Assembly: GCA_963845065.1 (NCBI GenBank)
Contig: CAWJQQ010000001.1
Coordinates: 448,001-512,000, forward strand
DNA length: 64,000 nt
Direction: 5' to 3'
DNA from: Nitrospirota bacterium
GTDB lineage: Bacteria; Nitrospirota; UBA9217
Shown: positions 1 through 10,242 of the stretch, piece after piece
Position numbering within the stretch: position 1 is the stretch's first letter
Layout: each line of letters starts with the position of its first letter
The notes under the pieces: generated by a model
Databases searched by the model: none
What the model was told of the DNA's origin: nothing
The model's input: only the letters and a program-made list of their open reading frames with translations
Translations under genes and position numbers: made by a program

Positions 1-1219
1 TGTCTTCAAGCGATTTATCTAAAGCAGCTGCCACTTTTTGCACGTCTTCAGGATGTATGCGGTCCAAAAACGCTTTATAGGAAGCCCCAAACACCGTGGG
101 CTTTAGACCATATATGCAATATATCTCGTCCGACCAAGCCATTGTACCCTTAGGGATGTCCCAGTCCCAACTGCCCATGTGTGAGATGCCCTCTGCAAAT
201 CGGTAACGCTCATCGTTTTCCGCGAGCATCAATGCACGTTCGTTTAGTTTTCTTTCCGATTCCTCTAGTTTCTTTAATTGACGAGTTAGTACAACGCTTG
301 AAAGCACAAACACGAGAAGTACGACAGCAGCAGCTGATACTTGTCTTATGGTTTGAGATTTCCATTCCGAGAGGATTTCATCCGTCCGCAAGGAAACTAA
401 CGCTAGCGCCGGGAAAGTTGAAAGTCTGGAATACGCGGCAATTCTGTCAGACCGATCGAAGCCAAATAGTGGGGCGCGATAAAACCCTGCTGAAGAGACA
501 GGAAGGTATTTTTTAAACAGGTCACGATCCGAAAAATTGTATTCATAGGAAGCATCATTGGATGGCGACACGATGAGCGTATAGGCATCCGTTCGCATAA
601 TGTTTATCCTTGCGCTGGATCCGATGTCCATCGATTTGTAAAAGTTTTCAAAATATTCGGGTTTGAAGGATATCGCAACAATACCGGCAAAATCACCTTT
701 TTTGTTCAAGATTTTTTTTGCTATTATGAATCGCCACAGATTATTGATTCGGTTTCTAAAAACCCTGCTTATATAAATATCTAATTTGGTGTTGTCACGA
801 AGGTTAATGAAAAAGTCCCGATCCGAAATATCTATATGCTTGGCTGGCAATTCTTCCGAATATGCTTTTAATATCCCTTGCCTGTCGACAATAAAGGCTG
901 CTGCAGTCTGTGGGAGTTTAGCGATTTCTGACTTGATGATGTCATGCAATGCATTCTCGTTGGGCATGCTGGAGACCCTGTTCGACGAGATACGGTCACT
1001 AATGATATCCAGTGTCTTTTCTGCTTCACCAAATGCACGTGAAGTGTGTTCATTAAGTGCTTTTGCATAGCCCAATAGTTTCTGCTCAGCATTAACTATG
1101 GTATTCACATAACTATTGTATATTTGATATGAAGTTACACCTGCAAGTAAAAGAACGAGCAGCGTAGAGGTTAAAATCAATGAAAAACGTAGTTTTCTAT
1201 ACCTACCATAACCCGTCAT
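1..1219 (-). CDS. Membrane sensor protein with Cache-like periplasmic domain and PAS domain (5' part; runs off the window, probably a histidine kinase or diguanylate cyclase)
   Basis: Manual translation of both ends in the same frame: ATG at 1219 after AAGGAG gives MTGYGRYRKLRFSLILTSTLLVLLLAG...DISDRDFF; the window edge reads GSWDWDIPKGTMAWSDEIYCIYG...FLDRIHPED (PAS_3 signature). Absent from the ORF track because there is no stop in the window. Confidence 0.8.
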   Translation of the reverse strand, partial: MTGYGRYRKLRFSLILTSTLLVLLLAGVTSYQIYNSYVNTIVNAEQKLLGYAKALNEHTSRAFGEAEKTLDIISDRISSNRVSSMPNENALHDIIKSEIAKLPQTAAAFIVDRQGILKAYSEELPAKHIDISDRDFFINLRDNTKLDIYISRVFRNRINNLWRFIIAKKILNKKGDFAGIVAISFKPEYFENFYKSMDIGSSARINIMRTDAYTLIVSPSNDASYEYNFSDRDLFKKYLPVSSAGFYRAPLFGFDRSDRIAAYSRLSTFPALALVSLRTDEILSEWKSQTIRQVSAAAVVLLVFVLSSVVLTRQLKKLEESERKLNERALMLAENDERYRFAEGISHMGSWDWDIPKGTMAWSDEIYCIYGLKPTVFGASYKAFLDRIHPEDVQKVAAALDKSLED

Positions 1220-1481
1220 AATGTGTTTAAGCTCCTTTTTTGCCGTAGGACCGAAAGAGAGCGATGAAAGTACTGGATGATTATCATATATCTGAGACAA
1301 TATAAGCCGGACAAAGGGTGGTGTCAACGATGTCGATTAGTTTTTTTTCATGGGTATAGTGAGCAATACGTGTTAATAATTGAAGTGTTGCTGAGAATGG
1401 AAACTTCAACGCATGGAGGAGGTGGTTGCGTTTTTATTGTGATATAAAAAAAAGACTACAATTTCAAGCAGCATTCAGATC

Positions 1482-1591
1482 CATAACCCGAAGGGGTCTT
1501 TCCCAAATCCGTCAAGGCTACCAAAATTATCAAGGGGTTACAGCACCTGCAGTAACCCCTGTTTTCTTATCAGGACAGTTTCAGGACAGTT
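1482..1591 (+). other. Degenerate 3' half of a tRNA-Met followed by a hairpin and tandem repeats (att-like scar)
   Basis: CATAACCCGAAGG..CAAATCCG..CTACCA resembles the initiator tRNA 3' half; then AGGGGTTAC...GTAACCCCT hairpin and TCAGGACAGTT x2. Confidence 0.5.
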
Positions 1592-2021
1592 AAGCATCCT
1601 CTCGTACTATCGTTGTGAATCGGATGTCCGAAAGCACGGAGCATATGACTAGGTAGGGGTGTACCTAAACCCTTAACTAAGGCTCCCACAAAAAACTCTC
1701 AAATTGAATGGAAATTCTGTATGGTTGTCATACGAGATTATACGCTGCATCTTGCCAATCATCGAAATCCTAGACAAAAAGTCGCTTTTCCGTATAATCA
1801 ATGCATCCGATGATGAGGTCTGTTGGTGGCATGAGAATCTTCAATTAATGAAGATTGCAGAGCGAGGACTGTTGTAGGGGAAGGAAGACATTAGCAGCGT
1901 CCGAGATATTCTGCACATCCATTCAATCTGGAACATCCGCATAATTCGAGAAGAATTCGACACGATACATTGCAATCAGATTCCTTCAGGTCATTCAGAA
2001 CAGACAACTCCGCCGTCTACG

Positions 2022-3029
2022 CTATTGCCAGATTGTTTGGAGCAATTGCGCTAGGTGAGCGCCGGCCTTTACTAGCTGCTTCTTCTTGATGTCATACATC
2101 CATTTGCAGTATTTCGCTGGAAGTGTCGTGCTCCAGTGACCGTTCTGCTGGTTACTGAATTTGAGACCCTTAAAGGCCTGCCTGGCCACACCGAGAGTGT
2201 CGTCAGCCCAATGCGTAGGCCAGTCGAAGAGTTGACCATCCGTTGAAGGGATTGCCGCGGCCTGCTTAATAAGGGCAGCGTTTACATGGGAAACGGTCAA
2301 TGACGCCGGAATACCATCCCACAAGGCGTGAAGATTATGGTTTTTCCCTATGACCGTGATCTCATTGCCGCCGCGGGTGCTGGTATTCTGGTCAAAAGTA
2401 CCTGCGTCAGGATTGACACGCTTTCCTTTTGTGTCAAGGAACACCGCGCCGACATGCAGAGGTTGATGGATGTCACCGACGTAATGGGTCAGCACCAGGA
2501 GCGCTTCACGTTTATTCTTAAAACTGAACGGCGCTGGCGCTGAATCTCCTTTCAGGACATGGGTTGCAGCAGATATCGCGGCTACAATATCGTCGTCGCG
2601 CGTACCAACAAAGTTGCGATCATAATGATCGTGCTGAATGGCGACGTCGGTATAATGATACTGCTTATGGCATGATTCCTCACCGGGTTTAGGAACACAA
2701 TTCTTGTCATTTCGACGCACGAAGTCACTCATCTCCGCTTCCAGAGCAGGGGTCTCGTAGATCTTGCACTCCGGGTATTGACCCTCGGTTTGATAGGTGT
2801 AATTCTTCCTGGGATCAATGCCCTTCGCACAGTCAGCCCAAACCGAAGCGTCCTCCAAGCTGAGGCCACCCAGGATCATTTTGATCTCCGTGGCGGCGTG
2901 AGAACCGGCAATCAGGCGGTCGGCGATGGCACCCACCGTATGGTGGCCGTCCGGTCCCCAGCCGAAAGCTTGGCTGGAAGCTATGAGGATACTAAACCAA
3001 CAGCAGAGTAAACTTTGCCGTAAACGCAT
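2022..3029 (-). CDS. S1/P1 nuclease family protein, secreted
   Basis: Signal peptide then WGPDGH; WAD, HYTD, HYVGDIHQPLH and NLHALWD zinc-binding motifs. Confidence 0.92.
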   Translation of the reverse strand: MRLRQSLLCCWFSILIASSQAFGWGPDGHHTVGAIADRLIAGSHAATEIKMILGGLSLEDASVWADCAKGIDPRKNYTYQTEGQYPECKIYETPALEAEMSDFVRRNDKNCVPKPGEESCHKQYHYTDVAIQHDHYDRNFVGTRDDDIVAAISAATHVLKGDSAPAPFSFKNKREALLVLTHYVGDIHQPLHVGAVFLDTKGKRVNPDAGTFDQNTSTRGGNEITVIGKNHNLHALWDGIPASLTVSHVNAALIKQAAAIPSTDGQLFDWPTHWADDTLGVARQAFKGLKFSNQQNGHWSTTLPAKYCKWMYDIKKKQLVKAGAHLAQLLQTIWQ

Positions 3030-3170
3030 TTTGCATCTCCATTGAGAAAAAAATCGTCCTAAATACTTTGATGCCTAAGAGCAATCTTGTGCCAAGCCAC
3101 GGTATCTCGACTTTCACCCAAATTACGTCAGCCAGCATCTGCCGAGTTACTGCGGGATTTTTTATTCAGA

Positions 3171-3854
3171 TCAAAAGTTCGGAGCATAAAAATAATACCC
3201 GATGCCAAGCGTAAACACGAAATTACCGTATAGGGCGTGTTCAATCGAAACGACCAGGAGCGATCTGCTCTCCAGATAAGTCATCGCCCAGAGTAGACCG
3301 ACAACGAACGAACCGATGACTGCGACCCAGTTCCTAAAAAGAATATGGGCGAATGCAAATAGTGCACCGTTTATTAAGATGATTACTCTCCTATGCGCGA
3401 ACAGCGAACTATACCGGTGAAAAAAAAACGCTCTGAAAATGATCTCCTGCGGCACGACCGAGAGGACAGGATAGGAAATCATGATAAGCGCCCATTTCGC
3501 AGGATTGTGCCGAAGAATCGCTAGAAAGTTCCCCGGCTCGGCAAGAATCACATACAGCGCGAGGCAGCTTGCGATGATCACGAAGCGCATGGACAAAGTG
3601 CGCCAGTTGCGGAAACCGTTCAAACCGAATCGACTGCGATCGAAGGTCTTGTCGAACAAAAGCAGGACGAGGCATACGAGGCAGATAGCCAGCATTGCGA
3701 TGATTTTGTGATGGGGGACTAAATGACCCGAGAGAAGAAGAGGCACACCGAGAAAAATCCCGGCCATCTCGAGCCATCGCACCAATTTCATCGGCATCAT
3801 GCTCATGCTGATCGTCCAAATAACCGGCATCTGTCCATTGATCTCGTTCTGCAC
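3171..3854 (-). CDS. CPBP (CAAX protease-like) intramembrane metalloprotease; start uncertain
   Basis: QEIIFRAFF, FAFAH and EHALYG motifs; multiple TM segments. Confidence 0.85.
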   Translation of the reverse strand: MQNEINGQMPVIWTISMSMMPMKLVRWLEMAGIFLGVPLLLSGHLVPHHKIIAMLAICLVCLVLLLFDKTFDRSRFGLNGFRNWRTLSMRFVIIASCLALYVILAEPGNFLAILRHNPAKWALIMISYPVLSVVPQEIIFRAFFFHRYSSLFAHRRVIILINGALFAFAHILFRNWVAVIGSFVVGLLWAMTYLESRSLLVVSIEHALYGNFVFTLGIGYYFYAPNF

Positions 3855-3862
3855 TACTTTTG

Positions 3863-5098
3863 CTACACGTAGGAGGAAGGTTCCTCCTGCTCGAAACCAT
3901 TGTTTTGACAGATATTTTTGTAAACCATCGCTGACAGTCTAGGTGTGCGTTTTTGCGTTGGGTAGTCGATTGCAATCAATCCGAAACGCGGCCAGAATCC
4001 CTTATCCCACTCAAAATTATCCATAAGCGACCAGTGAAAATATCCACGAACATCTACGCCTTCGGAAACAGCACGATGGACATTCATCAGGGTTTCTTTT
4101 ATGAACCATGCTCTCTGCTTATCTTCCGCATCAGCAAGGCCATTCTCAGTTATGTAAATTGGCAGTTTATATTTTTTTAAATCTTTAAGGACGTGATATA
4201 TCCCTTCTGGGCATAGTTCCCAACCCATATCACTCGTTTTGACATTCTCATTTTGATTAGTTCGCCCATGTATGCGGATATAGAAATAATGATTGAGTCC
4301 TATAAAATCCTGCGTACCGGAAAGTTTATTAAGAAAATGAAAATTCCAACTCCAATCCAAGAATTTTTTTATGATAACATTCTGTAACTGATCTTTAAGC
4401 ACTTTAAAATAAGCATTATTCTTTGCTATGCCAATCAGTGCAAAGGAATTAATATCTTTCATCTTTTTATACGCCAATCGATGTGCGTGGATGAGATTGT
4501 AATAAACTTTCAAAGCAACCAGCCAACTTTTTTCTTGAGGAGGCCATGCGCCCATTATGTAGCTATTTTTCGCATAAATTTCTGCTTCGTTCAGTGTGAT
4601 CCAAAACTTTACGTAAGTCAGCTCACTAACCATCTTCTCCGCGAACCGCGCAAAATATTCTATATTTTTTCGAGCGGCAAAACCGCCCTTGTCCCTAAAC
4701 CAGATCGGAAACGTCCAGTGCCAGAGTGTAACAAAGGGTTCCATGCCATTTTTGCGGATAGACGCAATGACCTCACGGTAGTGCTCAATTGCTGCAGCAT
4801 CAAAATATCCTTCTTGAGGTTCAACGCGAGACCATTCGATGGAAATCCGGGTTGCCAAATGGCCTAAATCTTTTGCCAGACGAAAATCTTCCTCGTAACG
4901 ATGATAGTGGTCAGCCGCAGTGCCGGAAATAAAGTTTTTTTCACCGTATTTTGCGATAAGACCGTCGCGTTTTAATTGCGCCAATCGTCCATGCGATATT
5001 TCCCATTTACTCCATTGGTTTTGAGTGTTCCCCTCGACCTGGTGGCTGGCTGTTGATGCTCCCCAGAAAAATCCTTTTGGAAATTCGAGTTTTACCAT
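3863..5098 (-). CDS. Glycoside hydrolase family 1 (beta-glucosidase-like)
   Basis: FPKGFFWGASTASHQVEG, TLNE acid/base, ITENG nucleophile, WSLMDNFEW. Confidence 0.95.
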   Translation of the reverse strand: MVKLEFPKGFFWGASTASHQVEGNTQNQWSKWEISHGRLAQLKRDGLIAKYGEKNFISGTAADHYHRYEEDFRLAKDLGHLATRISIEWSRVEPQEGYFDAAAIEHYREVIASIRKNGMEPFVTLWHWTFPIWFRDKGGFAARKNIEYFARFAEKMVSELTYVKFWITLNEAEIYAKNSYIMGAWPPQEKSWLVALKVYYNLIHAHRLAYKKMKDINSFALIGIAKNNAYFKVLKDQLQNVIIKKFLDWSWNFHFLNKLSGTQDFIGLNHYFYIRIHGRTNQNENVKTSDMGWELCPEGIYHVLKDLKKYKLPIYITENGLADAEDKQRAWFIKETLMNVHRAVSEGVDVRGYFHWSLMDNFEWDKGFWPRFGLIAIDYPTQKRTPRLSAMVYKNICQNNGFEQEEPSSYV

Positions 5099-5176
5099 TG
5101 ATGTTTATTTATCCGAACTTTGACAGAATCGATAGAGATGCGCTTACCGAATCCCGATATGTTTCATTATCAGCGA

Positions 5177-5456
5177 TTAAAAAATGAGCTTAGGTCCTCG
5201 GCTCTCCGGAACTTTCGTGTATGTCCTGCAGTCAGGATATCTCGAGCACTTAAAACCTATAGTAGTCTTGTCATAACTGTATAGAGATGCTACAGCAAGA
5301 AACGCATAACGGTCTCTTCTGGGCTCTCGTACGACAACAGTTGATAAACTGCATCCCACACTTCAAACAGAGCTAGCTCTGCTTGCCTGTCCGCGTCCAG
5401 CCGTCACGATAGACGGCAATCGATTCTCACGCCGGGCACTGTACATTATTAATCAT
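5177..5456 (-). pseudogene. Relic of a small InsA-like/zinc-ribbon protein
   Basis: Manual translation MINNVQCPA*ESIAVYRDGWTRTGKQS*LCLKCGMQF...KRPLCVSC...FKCSRYPDCRTY with stops and frameshifts. Confidence 0.5.
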
Positions 5457-5698
5457 GTTTTTAGATATCGCTCAAGATATGGATAGTTGACACTCTTGCT
5501 GAAATTACGCAAAGTGTATCGCGGTCAATGATTTGTCCACAATAGAATATTATGGTTGCCAGTCATGATGGTTGGAGTCTATTTTTTACTGCAACCGCTC
5601 TGTTACTCCCTGGATCATCACTCTATAGGCAGGAATGCCTTAACTTCGGCATCCTTTTTCGTTCGGTATCGCTCATGATAAACAGCTAATTTTAATTA

Positions 5699-5884
5699 TT
5701 AATTGCAGTCTGCACGCCACAGACAATTCTTCTGACCGCATGTCTGAACAGAGAATGTAGCAAAACAAGAATTGTTTCCTTCTGCTTTTTGAATAGCTCT
5801 GATGAGATCTGTTTTATTCATATTCTCACTATTAACGCCTTTCTTCTTTGCAATGTCCTTGATGTCCTGAATTTTCATGCCCAA
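5699..5884 (-). CDS. Small SAP/Rho-N-like domain protein with Cys-rich tail
   Basis: KTDLIRAIQKAEGNNSCF...CGQKNCLWRADC; AGGAGG RBS. Confidence 0.8.
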   Translation of the reverse strand: MGMKIQDIKDIAKKKGVNSENMNKTDLIRAIQKAEGNNSCFATFSVQTCGQKNCLWRADCN

Positions 5885-5984
5885 CCTCCTTAATAAGTCA
5901 TGGTCTATAGGATAATATATCCATTGCTAATCAGTATAGCACAACGGCATGTTGTTCGTATATGTCCGAAATTTGCACTGCTGT

Positions 5985-6578
5985 TCACCGGGGGCGGTTC
6001 AGGGGCAAAAACCGAGACGGGACTTTCCTGCGATACTCTTGGTACTCTATCCCGAACCTTTCAGAAAGTTCCCGCTCTTCAAGAGGGATAACTGCGATAT
6101 TGACTATAAGAGCGTCAAATAAGGTTACTACACCGAGTGCCATCACGCCGGTACAGAGAAAAAGACCAAGGAGCATCAGCGTATGAGAAAGATATGTCGG
6201 ATGGCGAATCACGGCAAAGGGGCCTATCGTCACGAGCTTGCCTGGCGCAGCCTTGGTCACTTCCGGCATACCCGTGATTCCCGGGAGGGTGAGAAGGACA
6301 AGCGTCCATGACTGGAGACCAGCCCCTATGATGAAGAGAAGCGCGCCTGGAACATTTACGATAGCAGGAAGAGCGATCAGGTGCGATAGCAGAATGTCCC
6401 GAACCCTGAATATAAACAGGGCAACAGGAAGCCAAGTGATGAATGGAAGGCTATAAGTTAAGAATCCCAGCCGCCGAAAAAATCTTGGGCAAGAGTGAAC
6501 GGGAATCCAAAAGAGGGGAATAGCCGGCCACAGCAAGAGTGCAATAAAAGCCAGTAAGTCAGTGAATGAAAGTCTCAT
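5985..6578 (-). CDS. Isoprenylcysteine carboxylmethyltransferase/PEMT family membrane methyltransferase
   Basis: LVTIGPFAVIRHPTY and EERELSERFGIEYQEYRRKVP motifs. Confidence 0.88.
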   Translation of the reverse strand: MRLSFTDLLAFIALLLWPAIPLFWIPVHSCPRFFRRLGFLTYSLPFITWLPVALFIFRVRDILLSHLIALPAIVNVPGALLFIIGAGLQSWTLVLLTLPGITGMPEVTKAAPGKLVTIGPFAVIRHPTYLSHTLMLLGLFLCTGVMALGVVTLFDALIVNIAVIPLEERELSERFGIEYQEYRRKVPSRFLPLNRPR

Positions 6579-6639
6579 TGGTTTTTACAACCGGAAGAAT
6601 GGGCGCCATTCAACCCTGAATTGGCACAAACTACCTCCA

Positions 6640-6725
6640 GGACAGATCGAGATAATTTTATTCACAGCATGCGTCATGTGGGCGTAGGTTGTACACCCAT
6701 CGACGGTGATCATTCGTCTCTTCAC
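6640..6725 (-). pseudogene. Short 5' relic resembling the pyruvate:ferredoxin oxidoreductase (NifJ-type) N-terminus
   Basis: GGAGG RBS, then GTG: MKRRMITVDGCTTYAHMTHAVNKIISICP, then similarity is lost. Confidence 0.5.
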
Positions 6726-6822
6726 AAATCTATCCTCCCCGTCAAACAATTCTGCAATGCTGCTTCAGGGATTAATGTGAGGCCATATAGATGTTGCGGT
6801 CTGGTAGACAGACCTAATAATT

Positions 6823-7269
6823 CTATTCCTTGTTGCGCCTCTGCCTCAGCGCGTCCTTCAACAGTTGCAAGCTTCCCGCGAACCCTCTACTTTTGAGAAT
6901 TGTCCAGAATTTGGAGAACCATGAATATGTGAACGTCAGTGGAGAGATCAAATTTTTGTCCAATGCGTAATCGTACTCCCAGACCAGCACGTACCTTGCG
7001 CCAAGGTCTTTGAGAATTTTTCTGGTCTTCCAGCGGTCCAGATCCAGCGAATAGACGTTGATCGCGCTTGGATTCCCGTTCCAGTATTTTGCGCTCTCAA
7101 TCTCCCCGGCATCGATAAAAGGAGCCAGTTTTTCGGCAAGTTCTTTGATCCGGTTCTCGTCATCAAAGATGATCCATTTGCCACCACTTCGCGACCACGT
7201 TAAATTATCGATCAAACGCTGTGTATCAGGCAAAAGCCGGGTCCAGATGTCATCTTTAATTTGGTGCAT
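6823..7269 (-). CDS. Hypothetical protein
   Basis: 148-aa ORF with protein-like composition (GGKWIIF, INVYS); no family recognised. Confidence 0.65.
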   Translation of the reverse strand: MHQIKDDIWTRLLPDTQRLIDNLTWSRSGGKWIIFDDENRIKELAEKLAPFIDAGEIESAKYWNGNPSAINVYSLDLDRWKTRKILKDLGARYVLVWEYDYALDKNLISPLTFTYSWFSKFWTILKSRGFAGSLQLLKDALRQRRNKE

Positions 7270-7786
7270 GCCGCTTCACTTTCTGTCATGGTCGAAAATT
7301 AAACTTTTTGATATGCAGATTGCTTTCGGATGGTTGCCGGCTTATGATTGATGACAGTTACTGTGAATATATCACTTTTTAAACCGCTAAAAAAATATTT
7401 CACAATTCTGATCATTAATTATAAACTCTGCCGCGATTAAATTGCTTGAACTACAAGCGCATTATAATACGGTGAATTAAAAAGTTGCAAGTTTGTTAAT
7501 TTCAAGTCTTTAGTCTCATATTCTTGAGGCGAAAGTTTATACTCATAGCATTGCTACGGGGAAGGGGTGGTTTGATAACCAGAACGAACACTATCCTACA
7601 GCCCTGATTTTACTAGAATTTTTAAAGAGCTCTGCTAGCCTAATTAAGTGTTTGAAAGTTAACAAAATGTAGTGAAAACAAAATTATGATATACTTTATT
7701 ACCCTAGGTTATCGTCTTGGGTTCCCTTCATTTCTCTGGAACGGTGCTATACTTAAAGTGGTAAAAAAAGTCATCAGAGAAAAGGG

Positions 7787-7975
7787 GTGATCTATATGAT
7801 CATCAACTTGGAGAAGAGGGAAAGGGACTTGCTCGTTAGCGAACTGGAGGAAACCACGATCCCGCAAATCAGGGAATTGGTAGCCTCGGGCATGAGGAAG
7901 AAAAGTCGGGATGAACTGAAGGAGGATGAGGTCCTACTCAAAACAGTGCTCGAAAAACTGAAAATGGCCGCATGA
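7787..7975 (+). CDS. Small hypothetical protein (start may be the ATG at 7796)
   Basis: 62-aa charged helical ORF preceded by a purine-rich RBS. Confidence 0.6.
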   Translation: MIYMIINLEKRERDLLVSELEETTIPQIRELVASGMRKKSRDELKEDEVLLKTVLEKLKMAA

Positions 7976-8473
7976 TTCATAACATTTGAAGAACGTTAAA
8001 AAAAGGGAAGTGTATATTGTGTCTTCAAGAACAGGGGAAAGGTAGATAATGTAATATTTTTTGTGCATTCAGTCTGCCAAAAATTTTTAATGGTGGTCTG
8101 TATTTGGGACGTGTAAAGTGGATGTAAGTGATTTTTAATTCTAGAGCTTTAACAATTAGGCGTTGCCGAACTGACCAAGGATTAAACGTATCTTTAACTT
8201 TCGTTGAGGGCCTTAAGCACCGACGTGACGTGATATAGAATCGGTAAACAGCAGTGCGGAAGAGCTGTTAAACCGTCAATTTGCAGGTCACCATAGGATG
8301 GAAAGCGAAGGCTCCTGAGGCCGAAGGAGAATTCGGCGAAGAAAACTAACCGCTTCAGAATTTGTGAGAGCGAATCAAAGAAGCGATCGTGAATCTTACT
8401 GAATATCCCGGGGTTCAAAGGAATGAATAAGATACGGGTCAATGCAACGTCTTAAAATTTTATTGTCAAAAAC

Positions 8474-8512
8474 AAAAGCCGGTAGGAGTTGATATCCCTA
8501 CTGGCTTTTTTT
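8474..8512 (+). terminator. Intrinsic terminator
   Basis: AAAAGCCGGTAGG...CCTACTGGCTTTTTTT hairpin plus U-tract. Confidence 0.65.
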
Positions 8513-8520
8513 ATAAAACC

Positions 8521-8651
8521 TGTCCTTGAATACCCAGCAGTTCTACTGCTGGGATGAAAAGGACAATCCTGACGAAGTCAGGAGAAGAATCTGATTGGTT
8601 TTAGGTTCTGTCGGTTTTGATGCCCCGCAGCTCTGCTGCGGGGTAATTCAC
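8521..8651. mobile_element. Non-coding MITE-like element with IS200-type hairpin ends
   Basis: CCCAGCAG-TTCTA-CTGCTGGG and CCCCGCAGC-TCT-GCTGCGGGG hairpins; the right end resembles the reverse complement of the IS200 end at 60344-60374. Confidence 0.6.
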
Positions 8652-8799
8652 TTCCTCAAGAAAAAAAACTTCTCGACGTCATTCATTATCATGGGACGAA
8701 CATTTTTTTGTGATATCATTAAAAGCTGTAATACCTGTTTTCCCATAGGCTCCCATGATGGTCACTTCAACGCTTTAGTCGCCCGCTGTTTTTTTAACT

Positions 8800-9765
8800 T
8801 TTCGCCGGGGATTCCCCTTCCGTAAGGGAGGGGATGAAGGGCGACGTTTTTTGACAAAAGTAGATTTACGTGGTAATATGTATAGTATTTCAATGTTGAA
8901 AACTAAAGCTTACAAATACCGCCTCTATCCTCCTAAAAAACAAACATTGATGTTCGCTCAAACCCTTGATGTCTGCCGAGTGCTTTACAACTCCTGCATT
9001 GCAGACAGGAAGAATGCTTTCGAAAAGACCGGCAAGGGTCTTACCAGGGTACGCCAACAAGAGATCCTTAAAAGCGATAAGACCAGAATAAATTCCCTTG
9101 AAGGCATCCATTCCCAAGTCTTACAGAATGTTTTATTTCGTGTTGAGCGCTCCTATCAAAACTTTTTCCGGAGAGTTAAAGGCACGTCCGGTAAAGCGGG
9201 TTACCCAAGGTTCAAGGGGATCGGACAATATGACTCCATCCATTATCCGCAGACTCCGGGGTTCCAGTTACTAATACCGCAGAATAGCCAAAGTCATCGT
9301 GGACGCCTTAAACTCTCCAAAATAGGGACGATTAAAATAAAGCTTCATCGCCCAATTATCGGGTCTGTCAAAACCTGCAACGGTCAAAAGAGAACACGAC
9401 AAGTGGTTTGCCTGCTTTTCCGTGGAGTATGTGCCTATTCCCGAACTAGTATCTGACAAGGCCATCGGCGTAGATGTTGGCATACATAATTTCGCTGTTC
9501 TTTCTACGGGTGAGACGATAGTAAATTTTAAGTACTTGCAAACCACCGAGAAGAAACTCAGAATGACGCTTGCTAAGCTTCATCAGAAGGTCCATAATCA
9601 GGGTTTTGACTTTCATCATAAGACCTCCTGTAAACTCGTAGATACTTATGGTTTCATCGTAACAGAAGACCTGAATATCACAGGCATGGTCAAGAACCAT
9701 CACCTTGCCAAATAAATATCCGATGCTGGATGGGGACAAATTCTCAATTATCTTGCATACAAATG
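8800..9765 (+). mobile_element. tnpB: Degenerate IS200/IS605 tnpB-only element (left-end hairpin plus frameshifted, internally deleted, 3'-truncated tnpB)
   Basis: CCCCTTCCGTAAGGGAGGGG hairpin; KAYKYRLYP..GYPRFK; GVDVG and VTEDL in a second frame; no zinc finger or RuvC-III. Confidence 0.88.
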
Positions 9766-9974
9766 GGCGGCGTCGGAGGGCGATAAAACTACGAGGTCGT
9801 CGGTCTCATTCTAGGGAGCTTTGCCTCCGCGGTCTGGGTGGAATGACATCGCTGGACAGTCCTCATACTGACATTTCTCTTCATCGACGGTGCATTTAAC
9901 AAAGTTCACAAAGAGAAAATCAAGCATGGCTATGGAGCCTCCGAATCCTTTATGGGACAATGTTCCGTGCGCCG

Positions 9975-10230
9975 TGGCGGCTTTCTGCACATCTCGATCA
10001 CTTCCCTCAAGGATACAACCTTCGCAATTGATGTCTTTCAGTTGAGATCTCGCCTTACCGAAAATATCCGGTGTTATAATATGGACCTTTAGGTTTTTTG
10101 ATATGCTGTTGAGATTGCCTTTTACACCAAGGAGAAGTTTTCCATCGACCGATAACGTGCGGGTATAATCCGAAACCAGACGCCCAACTTGCCCCAAACC
10201 GAAACCATTGACATCAACTTCAAACTTGAC
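9975..10230 (-). pseudogene. Truncated paralog of the HAD hydrolase at 11633-12103
   Basis: FEVDVNGFG..LVSDYTRTLSVDG..HIITPDIFGKARSQLKDINCE..DVQK aligns to the intact copy; no ATG start; similarity ends after QKAA. Confidence 0.75.
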
Positions 10231-10242
10231 AATCTTTCTTTT

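Noticed and set aside
181..1092. Four short ORFs listed in the track
   Set aside because: They overlap the sensor gene that runs off the window edge
1482..1523. Functional tRNA-Met
   Set aside because: No 5' half; T-stem and acceptor stem cannot pair
8194..8442. 82-aa minus-strand ORF
   Set aside because: No RBS or motif; the adjacent terminator points to a decayed plus-strand unit instead
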